Below, piece by piece: positions 51,990 to 59,874 of a DNA stretch of 64,000 nucleotides. The notes below the pieces were generated by a model. It made no database searches and was not told where the DNA came from. It saw nothing but the letters and a program-made list of their open reading frames with translations. Numbering within the stretch: the stretch's first letter is position 1; each line of letters opens with the position of its first letter. The position numbers and the translations under genes are program-made. Origin of the DNA: Nitrospirota bacterium (lineage in GTDB: Bacteria > Nitrospirota > Nitrospiria > Nitrospirales > Nitrospiraceae); assembly GCA_963701855.1 (NCBI GenBank), contig CAVPBK010000004.1, forward strand, positions 32,001 to 96,000, given 5' to 3'.

Positions 51990-52378
51990 CAGGATGCTGA
52001 AAAATGGGCGGGCCTGGCCGTCCTCCTGCTCACGGAACGCGCACAATAAGGATAAGAATGTGCTCGTTCGACGCGCGCAATCGAGGGTCGACCAGGTTAC
52101 CCTTAAAAATGAAATGAGGAATTGGGAAGACGCGCGAAGTTGGGATCATCCCAGCCCCCTTGGCAAAGTAATAGTTCGCTGCAGCCTTGCATGGGATAAG
52201 GCGCGTCCTTGGGCGAAGAGGCTGTCTTGGCAGACTCAGGGCGGTAGGGTGCAGTAGTCGCCAGGGCCGGACAGGTGAGAAGTCTGGCCTTGTTGAGCAT
52301 CCTGCGGGAGTGTGCTCCTGGTGTGCCACTGTGCAGCCACTGAAGCACCTGCCAACATAGTTTTTCGCAGGATACTAG
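51989..52378. mobile_element. Family A shell containing a family B hairpin
   Basis: gcaggatgctgaaaaa (51989) ... ttgttgagcatcctgc (52305), outer end tttttcgcaggatactag; family B unit at 52006-52102. Confidence 0.75.
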
Positions 52379-52387
52379 AACCCGTCG

Positions 52388-52475
52388 TTCGTCTGTCTGG
52401 TCCCTCTGGTCTATTTCGTCTATCTCGTCTGGTACCAGACAGACCAGAGAGACCGGGCAACAACGCGACAGACCA
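52388..52475. repeat. 9-bp-periodic palindrome (family D)
   Basis: cgtctgtct ggtccctct ggtctattt cgtctatct ... taccagaca gaccagaga. Confidence 0.75.
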
Positions 52476-52558
52476 AAATACCGCTTCACATCCTTCAGGC
52501 CTTGCGAGAATCCCAGCCCCCCGTGTAGGCTGCGGCACTTAACCAAGTCACGCCAATC

Positions 52559-54049
52559 ATGAAGCCAGCTGTCGCCGCTCACGCACCACTCAGTCTCACC
52601 GGGGAAATGCTCAGCCTGCTGGCCTGGCACATCCCCGACCTTGTCGTCTACCAGCACAATCGAGACGAATGGTGGTTCGCCCCCCTCGATGACAGCCTGC
52701 CGATCGTGCGCCTGAATCGCACCGGCCTGGAAATGTTACAGGCGATGAACGGCCACACGACAGTGGGTGCACTGGTGGAAAAATACGGGACACAGGTCTG
52801 CGGACCGGACGGACAGCCGGGACAATGGCATTTGGAACATTGGTCTCTGCCCACCTATTCCCTCTGTTACTACGGTATCGAGCCCCCGGGCGGCCATCGC
52901 CACAAAGCCAAGTGGGATCTACTCCTCCAGCAAGTCAGGGAAGGCTGGTCGGGACAGGATGGATTTGAGGGAGAAGAGCATCTTGAAGACTTTCATCACC
53001 ACGAATTGACCGACAGCGGTGAAGACGACGGCCATTTCGACCTGATCGAAACCACCGTTTCACATCTCTTCCGGGAGCCGAACGACGCGCTCAACGGCCT
53101 GACCTATGGCCGGCTGCTCATGCGACAATTCCGGAAGCTAGGCTGGTTCACGCCCAAACCCCACATCATCGTGGAAGTGGGTGGCGGGCTTGGATACCTC
53201 GCCCGTGAGTTGGGCAAGGAACTCTTGCCGTTTGAAAAGCAAACCATCCGGTACATTTCCCTCGATATCACACAACCCTTCCTCAACCTGCAAGTTAGCC
53301 GCGCCAAGGCCGGAGGCTGGAGCGGCATTGGCACACGCGCCAACGGCGAATGGCTGCCTTTCAAAAGTAACTCCGTCGACCTCGTCATCGACAACGAGAA
53401 CATGGCAGACATGACGCCGGTGAAATTGACCAGGAAAGAACTCCTCGATGGAACAGGCGATACGCCGCAACATCAGGAAGCGTTGGACTGGATCAGGCGC
53501 GTACGGCTGCCGCTAAGCACGAACCTGCCCGAGGACGTGATTTTCAATCTCGGCCCCTTTCGATTCGTAGCAGAACTATGGCGAGTGTTGAAGCCAGGCG
53601 GAAGAGCCTTTCTCACCGAATTCGGAATCGAGGAAGGCTGGCCGGCGCCAGTCAAGCTACCAGGCCACACGGAGTACGAGGTTCAATACAGCCACCTGCG
53701 GCAGGCCGTGCGCTGGCTGGGCTTTCAAGAACGCTATCTCTCGCTGCCTCAGTTCCTCGCCATCAAACCGGACAACAAAGTGCTCTGCACCGGCGCGGCC
53801 TATACCATTCAACGATTCTGCCAGACCATGAACAAGCCCTTCATCGTGCGAGCCTACACAGAGAAGGAATTGCAGCAGGCCCTGGGCGACATGCTCCCGA
53901 AACTCCATGGCTGCCATTACCACGACGTGGTAGACCCTGCCTGGTTCGGCCTCCTCGACTTCAAAGTCTTGTTACTGGAGAAGCCCGGTGGGGCTCCGAA
54001 AGCTAGCTTCTCGGAGAACAAAGGCTATCGGTGGTATTCGCAGAAGTAG
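52559..54049 (+). CDS. Class I SAM-dependent methyltransferase with N-terminal PqqD/RRE-like domain
   Basis: VEVGGGLG, LPFKSNSVDLVI, RVLKPGG; N-terminal 'RLNRTGLEMLQAMNGHTTVGALVEKY'. Confidence 0.78.
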   Translation: MKPAVAAHAPLSLTGEMLSLLAWHIPDLVVYQHNRDEWWFAPLDDSLPIVRLNRTGLEMLQAMNGHTTVGALVEKYGTQVCGPDGQPGQWHLEHWSLPTYSLCYYGIEPPGGHRHKAKWDLLLQQVREGWSGQDGFEGEEHLEDFHHHELTDSGEDDGHFDLIETTVSHLFREPNDALNGLTYGRLLMRQFRKLGWFTPKPHIIVEVGGGLGYLARELGKELLPFEKQTIRYISLDITQPFLNLQVSRAKAGGWSGIGTRANGEWLPFKSNSVDLVIDNENMADMTPVKLTRKELLDGTGDTPQHQEALDWIRRVRLPLSTNLPEDVIFNLGPFRFVAELWRVLKPGGRAFLTEFGIEEGWPAPVKLPGHTEYEVQYSHLRQAVRWLGFQERYLSLPQFLAIKPDNKVLCTGAAYTIQRFCQTMNKPFIVRAYTEKELQQALGDMLPKLHGCHYHDVVDPAWFGLLDFKVLLLEKPGGAPKASFSENKGYRWYSQK

Positions 54050-54158
54050 GGGTAAGGGGGCAAGGGGTAAAGATTCGTTCGGATCGCCCGCTTTCACCAA
54101 GGAGCGGGCGACGTCAGTGCCCTTATGAACACAAAACCAAGTCCCAAGAATCAAAACA

Positions 54159-55376
54159 CTACGGAGTCTTCGCGCAGCGGAACCCGGTGCCGAAGCCCTG
54201 GAACGACGGCAAATGGGTCTCCCGATCCGAGGAGCGCAGGTCAGTGATACCGTTGCTGCCCCATGAGCCGCCACGGATCACTTTGTATTCGCCCTTTGAC
54301 GGTCCCGTCGGGTTCTTCAACGGGCTGGTCTTGTAATAGCCCTGGTCATACCAATCGGCGACCCATTCCCAGACATTCCCGGCCATGTCATAGACGCCAT
54401 AGGGGCTCTTGCCCTCTTCAAACGTCCCCACCGGCGTTAATGCCGAATGGTTGCTCCAGACCTCTTTCCCCGAGTTCGCGTGAAACCTCGTCGGAGGCTC
54501 ATTCCCCCAGGGATAGATTCTGCCATCTGTCCCCCGCGCCGCCTTCTCCCACTCCGCCTCGGTCACCAGGCGTTTGCCGGCCCATTTGCAGTAGGCATCC
54601 GCTTCCGCCCAATTCACATTGGCGACGGGGCGATTCTGATTGTACGGTTTGTTCATGACAGTCCAGTCCGCCGGTCTTTCATGGTGGGTGGCTTCCAAGA
54701 ACCTCGCATATTGCGCCACCACCACTTGGTGCTTATCCATGAAAAAGGCATCCACATAGACTTTGTGCACCGGGAGTTCGTCTGGATCTCCCCCCGAACT
54801 CCCCATCATGAACTCCCCCGCCGGCACCCGCACCATCGACCGGTCTGGAAGAGGAGCCACCGCCATCCTCCCGTTACTCCGTGTATGCCTCTGCTGAATC
54901 TTCTCCTGCAACTGCCGGTAGAGGGCCTGTTGTTCGTCGTCAAGACCTAGCTTGTTCACAATATCCAGGGTGTCCTCGGCCTGGGCGACCATATCGGGTG
55001 AGGCATTCGGCTCGTTGATGGCCTGCTTCCCTTCGTCCAGCAAGCGCCAGACTTTGGCCTTGCGCCCCCGTTGTTTGGCCAAACCGGCCACCGAGGACTT
55101 CGCATCAAGCTCCAGCGAGGTCTCATAATGCTCTTCCGCACAGGCCCAGGCTTTCAGACCCCGGCAGGCATCGCCAAGATAGAAGTGCGCCAGGGCATTG
55201 GCAGGGTATTGTTCAAGGCCGGCTTCAAAGGCCGTGCGTGCCTCCTGGTACTTGTGTTGTTTTAGGAAATTGTAACCAGCGTTAAATTTCTTGGCACGCT
55301 CATCAAAGAGTGCCGCAGCCATCGTCGGGTCGATATCGAGCCCAAGTAACACGACGAGTGCAAGGATCTTTCTCAT
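54159..55376 (-). CDS. Secreted TPR + formylglycine-generating-enzyme-like (SUMF1) domain protein
   Basis: AGEFMMGS, RLVTEAEWEKAARG, DMAGNVWEW, RGGSW, GFRC; N-terminal TPRs; FGE catalytic Cys pair not seen. Confidence 0.88.
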   Translation of the reverse strand: MRKILALVVLLGLDIDPTMAAALFDERAKKFNAGYNFLKQHKYQEARTAFEAGLEQYPANALAHFYLGDACRGLKAWACAEEHYETSLELDAKSSVAGLAKQRGRKAKVWRLLDEGKQAINEPNASPDMVAQAEDTLDIVNKLGLDDEQQALYRQLQEKIQQRHTRSNGRMAVAPLPDRSMVRVPAGEFMMGSSGGDPDELPVHKVYVDAFFMDKHQVVVAQYARFLEATHHERPADWTVMNKPYNQNRPVANVNWAEADAYCKWAGKRLVTEAEWEKAARGTDGRIYPWGNEPPTRFHANSGKEVWSNHSALTPVGTFEEGKSPYGVYDMAGNVWEWVADWYDQGYYKTSPLKNPTGPSKGEYKVIRGGSWGSNGITDLRSSDRETHLPSFQGFGTGFRCAKTP

Positions 55377-55488
55377 AAACTACCTCCTCGTTCGGTAGAA
55401 GAGACGATAACACCCTGTCCTTTACGGCTTGATAGATGGGAAAACTATATACCTGGTGCAAAAAAAACACAACCGGACAGGGAGGAGA

Positions 55489-55670
55489 GGATGGAGCCTG
55501 TTGATCTCCTGTGCTCGCGCAACGCGCACGATAAGAATGTGCTCGTTCGACGCGCGCAGTAGGAGATCAATCAGCCCCCATCCCTGAAAGAGAACAAGCG
55601 AGCTTGGATGGATCATTTAGATGGATAACGGACGCTCGATCTATGCAGTGAAGGGCGGCTTGGTCACCCT
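55489..55670. repeat. Family B hairpin with residual outer arm
   Basis: ggatgg..ttgatctcct-gtgctcgcgcaacgcgcacgataagaatgtgctcgttcgacgcgcgcagt-aggagatcaa..ccatcc. Confidence 0.85.
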
Positions 55671-55900
55671 TCTGAGAGAGTAGACGGGGAGTGCACAGAA
55701 AGAAATTGTTCGATTGAAAGACGAGATGTACGATTGTACGGCCTGACTCTGACTGTCCTCGTGGTATGAGCGCTGATTAGCTTTCCGCAACAATCATCGT
55801 GATATTTTAGTTCCGATCGTCTTAGATAGGACACAAGGGGATTATTCAGACAAACCGGGCAGACGTCTTGAACTCCACGAAAGCATGGTTAATAAATCTT

Positions 55901-55917
55901 ACGGCAGGTTTCTTGCT
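55901..55917 (+). promoter_or_regulatory. Possible sigma-54 -24/-12 promoter
   Basis: CGGCAGGTTTCTTGCT (GG-N10-GC, GGCA..TTGC) about 70 bp upstream of ATG 55988. Confidence 0.45.
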
Positions 55918-55987
55918 GAACGATATGACTAGCCCGGCGTGATTCTTTGGGCGGAGGATGTAATTCTCACTTAATGAGGCACGACCC

Positions 55988-56386
55988 ATGAAAACCCGCT
56001 TCAACATTCTGAGGATTATTTTTCTTACTGTTGCGTTGGCATTGATTCATACCGACAGAACTTTCGCTGCCTCCACTTTCGCAGGCAAGAGTGCCGGCGT
56101 CTTCTCTTTACAGGAGAATACCGGCACTGGTGTGACTACACTGCCTCTCACACCCTCTACCGGCTCAGTCTTCCGCGATGTGCCAGCACTCAGTGGACGC
56201 TACACTGCTGGGAGCATGACATTTCTTCCGTATATCGGCGCAGGCTTTGGCGCAGGCTATAATTCCGAACTCGACCGTACGTTCGCGCCGAATTTGCAGC
56301 CTCAACATAGCTTGAATGCCGGCGGTCTGCAGGGCCAAGGCATGGTTCCGAATGAATTCCAAATGGGAATCCGAATCCCGTTTTAG
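55988..56386 (+). CDS. Small secreted protein with OMP-like motifs
   Basis: Signal peptide, PYIGAGFG, C-terminal FQMGIRIPF (beta-signal-like); GAGG RBS. Confidence 0.7.
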   Translation: MKTRFNILRIIFLTVALALIHTDRTFAASTFAGKSAGVFSLQENTGTGVTTLPLTPSTGSVFRDVPALSGRYTAGSMTFLPYIGAGFGAGYNSELDRTFAPNLQPQHSLNAGGLQGQGMVPNEFQMGIRIPF

Positions 56387-56489
56387 GAACCTGAGCCGGC
56401 AAACATCTGGACATCAGATTCTTAGGAAAATAAACCCCTACTTCTTGACCGGCCAATCGTCAACCTATTGCTACTCGAAAAATAAAAGA

Positions 56490-56875
56490 ACAGGGTGGCA
56501 GGGCCAGTCCCTGTGCTCCCGGAACGCGCACGACCAGAATGTGCTCGTTCGACGGCCGCAGTCGGAACGAGCCCTGCCACCCTGTAATGAGAGAGTGGAA
56601 GATAGGAAAACAGGTTGACCGAGGCTTCCTGCCGCGCAACGCGCGGCCTAGGAAGGATGAGGAGGGAGCGGCCAGATGCCCTCCTTGCTCGCAGAACGCG
56701 CACGATAAGAATGTGCTCGTTCGATGCGCGCAGTAGAGGGCAGCCTTGGCCACTCCCTCGAAGTGATGTAGAGAGAGGGAGGGAAGGAGACCCTCACGCG
56801 CGCAGTGAAGGGCAATCTGGTCACCCTGCTTAGGAGAGGATAAGGAAGAATGATCGGACTGAACGCTCGGTCAAT
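56490..56875. repeat. Family B cluster: single unit (56490-56585) plus nested unit (outer 56611-56828, inner 56662-56759)
   Basis: Shared core AACGCGC..TCGTTCGA..CGCAGT with different complementary arms. Confidence 0.85.
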
Positions 56876-56950
56876 ATACCAGATGGGATTGCTCAGTTCA
56901 GAAAAGTAGAATATCCCCGTTAATTCACCCAAAAATAAACTATTTCAGGG

Positions 56951-57146
56951 TTACGCCTTCACCTGAAGCATCTGCGTAGGGACATCGTTCAACGCGAGCA
57001 ATCGTTGATCATTGGTGAGCAGGGTTGCTTCCAGAGTCAGCGCCGTCGCAGCGACAATGGCGTCAGGAAGCTTCAGCCAGAATCGTTTCCGAAGATTCAC
57101 TGCGTGGTGCTTGATTGGTATCGAGAACAAAGCGGGCCACCGTCAC
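56951..57146 (-). pseudogene. VapC/PIN toxin remnant with internal deletion and frameshift
   Basis: GTG start overlaps the antitoxin stop; MTVARFVLDTN then frameshift to ..LKLPDAIVAATALTLEATLLTND..; central part missing. Confidence 0.8.
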
Positions 57147-57355
57147 GCCCACTCATCGCGCAAACGACGTTGGTACGCTACCGGGTCTTCCGACAAACGG
57201 ATCGAGCCCTCATGACGCCGAAGCTGCTCTATCCCATTGGCTCCAGCTGCACTCCCTAACTGTTGTTCGATGCGCAGCCAGTCTTCGTAGGGAATTAAGA
57301 CCCCGACGGGGCGCCCCTCTTCGTCAGTTACAAGCTGTTTGTGAATCGTGCTCAT
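57143..57355 (-). CDS. Putative antitoxin
   Basis: QLVTDEEGRPVGVLIPYEDW...DPVAYQRRLRDEW; directly upstream of the PIN remnant. Confidence 0.75.
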   Translation of the reverse strand: MSTIHKQLVTDEEGRPVGVLIPYEDWLRIEQQLGSAAGANGIEQLRRHEGSIRLSEDPVAYQRRLRDEWA

Positions 57356-57423
57356 CAAACCCTCGCACCAGTTGCCCATTATAGTCAATGGCGTGCAAAA
57401 GAGAAAGCTTAGGTTCGTTCCTG

Positions 57424-57506
57424 CCACAACGTGGCTGATTTTTCTTGGTTCGGCCTCATCGACTTCAAAGTCTTGTTATTGGAAAAGCGGGAGGAGCCCC
57501 GAAAGC
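57424..57506 (+). repeat. Degenerate duplicate of the 3' end of the 52559-54049 methyltransferase gene
   Basis: tggttcggcctcatcgacttcaaagtcttgttattgga vs tggttcggcctcctcgacttcaaagtcttgttactgga (53942-53979). Confidence 0.85.
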
Positions 57507-57514
57507 ACGGGGAA

Positions 57515-57714
57515 AGCAGGGCAGCCAGACTGCCCTTTGTGCTTGCGCAACGCGCGCCCTGAGAAGGGCCTCGTTCGACGGCCCCACGTAGACCAACATG
57601 GGTGCCCTTCCAAGAGAGGGAAAGCTCTCGTTGAACACGCGCAGTGAAGGGCAATCTGGTCGCCCTGCTAAGGAGAGGATAAGGAAGAAGGGTCGAACTG
57701 AACGCTCGATCAAT
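57515..57714. repeat. Family B unit with partly deleted nested unit; tail repeats 56796-56875
   Basis: agcagggcagccagactgccctt ... aagggcaatctggtcgccctgct arms; tail aggagaggataaggaagaa..actgaacgctcg. Confidence 0.85.
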
Positions 57715-57729
57715 GTTCCCTTTTATTTC

Positions 57730-58197
57730 TTTTTGAGACGCCAATGTCTTTGAGGTGCTTATCTCTTTGTACTTCCACAGAGGCCACGGCCTGCTCCTTC
57801 AGCCGAATGAGCGACACCACTGATGCTAGCCGAACAGGGAGAACAGCTTCGCGTCTACTGCGTCCTCAGCGACTTCAGAATACGTTGGCCCATCTTTTTG
57901 GGAAGTAAGGAGTTCGGCGTAATAAAGCCGTTTCAACGGCACTTGCAGTCCAGGTTTTGTGAACGAATCGGAGTTGTAGCCGTTCATACGTAAACCGTCG
58001 AAGGCCCGAGAAATGCGTGCAGAATTCTCAGGCGTGGGGTTCACAGGAAGATCCATGTCATCCGCTTGACGGTCGGCGCAATACCAAGCGACTGCTAAAC
58101 CACCAATAACGACGAATTCCACACCGTTAGCCGTAAAGGCACGAACGAGTTCCTTATTAGCTTCGGTGTGGATGAGCGTGTCGCCAATCTTTTTCAT
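57730..58197 (-). pseudogene. Nucleotidyltransferase-family protein, frameshifted near 57840
   Basis: VVIGGLAVAWY..R.ADDMDL motif; a second frame continues PVRLASVVSLIRLKEQAV..RDKHLKDI past the annotated stop. Confidence 0.7.
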
Positions 58198-58303
58198 GCC
58201 GTATAACGTCCATGTTCAGGTACGTACCACTTCGCGTAATGGGTTGCGGGTCAAGTCTTGCGACCAAATATTTCTAGCGTCTAGTCATTCGATGACTTCT
58301 CAG

Positions 58304-59251
58304 TCATCGTGTCCTCGTCGCCAGTTCAATCAACACTCCTTCCCGCAATCCCAGATCGCTGACGAGCACCGTCGACATCCCCAAGGTCTCCATCACCGTC
58401 CGGATGATGATCGCGCCGGCGGCTATGACTTCTTCGCGGCCTTTTTCTAGGCCTTGCAGGCCGATACGGTCGGTTTTCTTGCGGCTCAGGAGCGTTTGTT
58501 CGAGATCTTGAATGGTATTGAGCTGCAATCTGTAGTTATGGATTCTAGCTGGCTCGTAAGTGGGAAGTTTCTGCGCCATGGCGGCTAGACTGGTGACGGT
58601 TCCGGCTGTGCCGACGAAGGTTGCCGTGTGATAGTTGCCCATACCGGCGACCACCGCTTTGGTTTCTTTCACGATCCACTCGCGTGCCTGGCTCACTTCT
58701 TCGTCGGTCGGAGGGTCGTGATGTAAGAGCCGCTCACAAAGCCTGACGACGCCTACATCTATTGAGCACACATTCGGGTTCTGACCTGGACTATCTAGAA
58801 TGAACTCGGTACTGCCGCCGCCGATGTCTAGGGCCAGCACGTCGGTCACACCGTGGGGTAAGCCGGAGCGGATACCCAGCATTGCCCGCCTGGCTTCTTC
58901 TTCTCCCGATATCAGTTCAACTTCGAAGCCTGCTTCGCGTTTCACGCGATCGAGAAACTCTTCGCGGTTCACTGCATCACGCACGGCACTTGTCGCGACA
59001 GCTACCGTGGCATCGGCATGGGAGGCATCAATAAGCGCTTGCCACTCACTGAGGCACTGCACCACCCGATCCATCGCGGCAACGCTTAGATGCTTGGTCT
59101 GATCGACGCCCTCGCCTAGCCGAAGAATCCGTCGCTCGGATCGTACTTCTATCAGCCGGCCATCGGATGGTACGTCTGCAATGAGCAATCGGCAGGTGAG
59201 CGTGCCGATATCGACGCCGGCGAGACGCATCATACGTGACGAGTCGCTCAT
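58304..59251 (-). CDS. ppx: Ppx/GppA family phosphatase
   Basis: GVDIGT, ATSAVRDA, ISGEEEA, DIGGGSTE, GLREG. Confidence 0.92.
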   Translation of the reverse strand: MSDSSRMMRLAGVDIGTLTCRLLIADVPSDGRLIEVRSERRILRLGEGVDQTKHLSVAAMDRVVQCLSEWQALIDASHADATVAVATSAVRDAVNREEFLDRVKREAGFEVELISGEEEARRAMLGIRSGLPHGVTDVLALDIGGGSTEFILDSPGQNPNVCSIDVGVVRLCERLLHHDPPTDEEVSQAREWIVKETKAVVAGMGNYHTATFVGTAGTVTSLAAMAQKLPTYEPARIHNYRLQLNTIQDLEQTLLSRKKTDRIGLQGLEKGREEVIAAGAIIIRTVMETLGMSTVLVSDLGLREGVLIELATRTR

Positions 59252-59571
59252 AATTCGGTCCGAATCTCCGTCATGTCCGATTCAAGCTTCTCGCGTGCGC
59301 CTTTGAGGTCTTGGATCTCTTGGACGAGTCGACCGATTTCGGCATCGTACAGAATCCGTTCAGCCGGTTCGCCTACTTCATGAAGATGAACCGCCCGCTC
59401 ACCGACATCCCGGTATAACTCATCCAATTGCTGTTCGAGCTTGCGGATATCGAGCCGGATCCGCAGCAGTTCCGTTTCTTCCAACGCACGGATCGCCGCC
59501 TGCGCCGTACCATGGCGCAGCGTCGCCAACCCCGCCTTCATGTCATGCTTCAACCGTTGCAATAATCCCAT
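59248..59571 (-). CDS. Hypothetical coiled-coil protein
   Basis: AGGAG RBS, helical heptads, coupled to ppx. Confidence 0.75.
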   Translation of the reverse strand: MGLLQRLKHDMKAGLATLRHGTAQAAIRALEETELLRIRLDIRKLEQQLDELYRDVGERAVHLHEVGEPAERILYDAEIGRLVQEIQDLKGAREKLESDMTEIRTEL

Positions 59572-59652
59572 TTTCTCCTAGCTCTCCCCACTCTCCACTC
59601 CACCCGGCGAGGGATGCATGGACTAGCATCTTCACTCTCACCACCTCTCCAT

Positions 59653-59870
59653 GGGAGTGGCTAGGCTGCCCTCGCTGCGCGCATCAATAATCCTTCCAAG
59701 CTCGCTTGCTTTCCCTCTCTTGGAAGGGCACTCATGTTGGTCTACGTGCGGCCGTCGAACGAGGCCCTTCTTAGGGCGCGCGTTCCGGGAGCACAGGATC
59801 AACGTGGGTGTCCTTCCAATCCCTTTCATCGTGCGCGTTCTGCGAGCAAAGAGGGCACCTGGCCGCTCCC
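59653..59870 (-). repeat. Family B nested unit (inverted orientation)
   Basis: Minus strand: outer arms gggagcggccaggtgccctc / gagggcagcctagccactccc, inner arms ttggaaggacacccacgttgatc / gaccaacatgagtgcccttccaa. Confidence 0.85.
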
Positions 59871-59874
59871 CCCC

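Noticed and set aside
51994..52657. ORFs across 52.0-52.6 kb as a RiPP precursor or small genes
   Set aside because: They are translations of repeat elements (families A, B, D), with no RBS or protein-like features
54159..55376. Active formylglycine-generating enzyme or DGR target
   Set aside because: The catalytic Cys pair after RGGSW is absent; no reverse transcriptase or template repeat seen in the window
56422..56932. Several overlapping 65-100 aa ORFs with similar sequences (e.g. CSRNAHD, MCSFD)
   Set aside because: Their similarity comes from the family B DNA repeat; frames are not conserved between copies
52006..59870. Family B repeats as a CRISPR array
   Set aside because: Irregular spacing, long hairpin units, mixed orientation, no constant-length spacers and no cas genes
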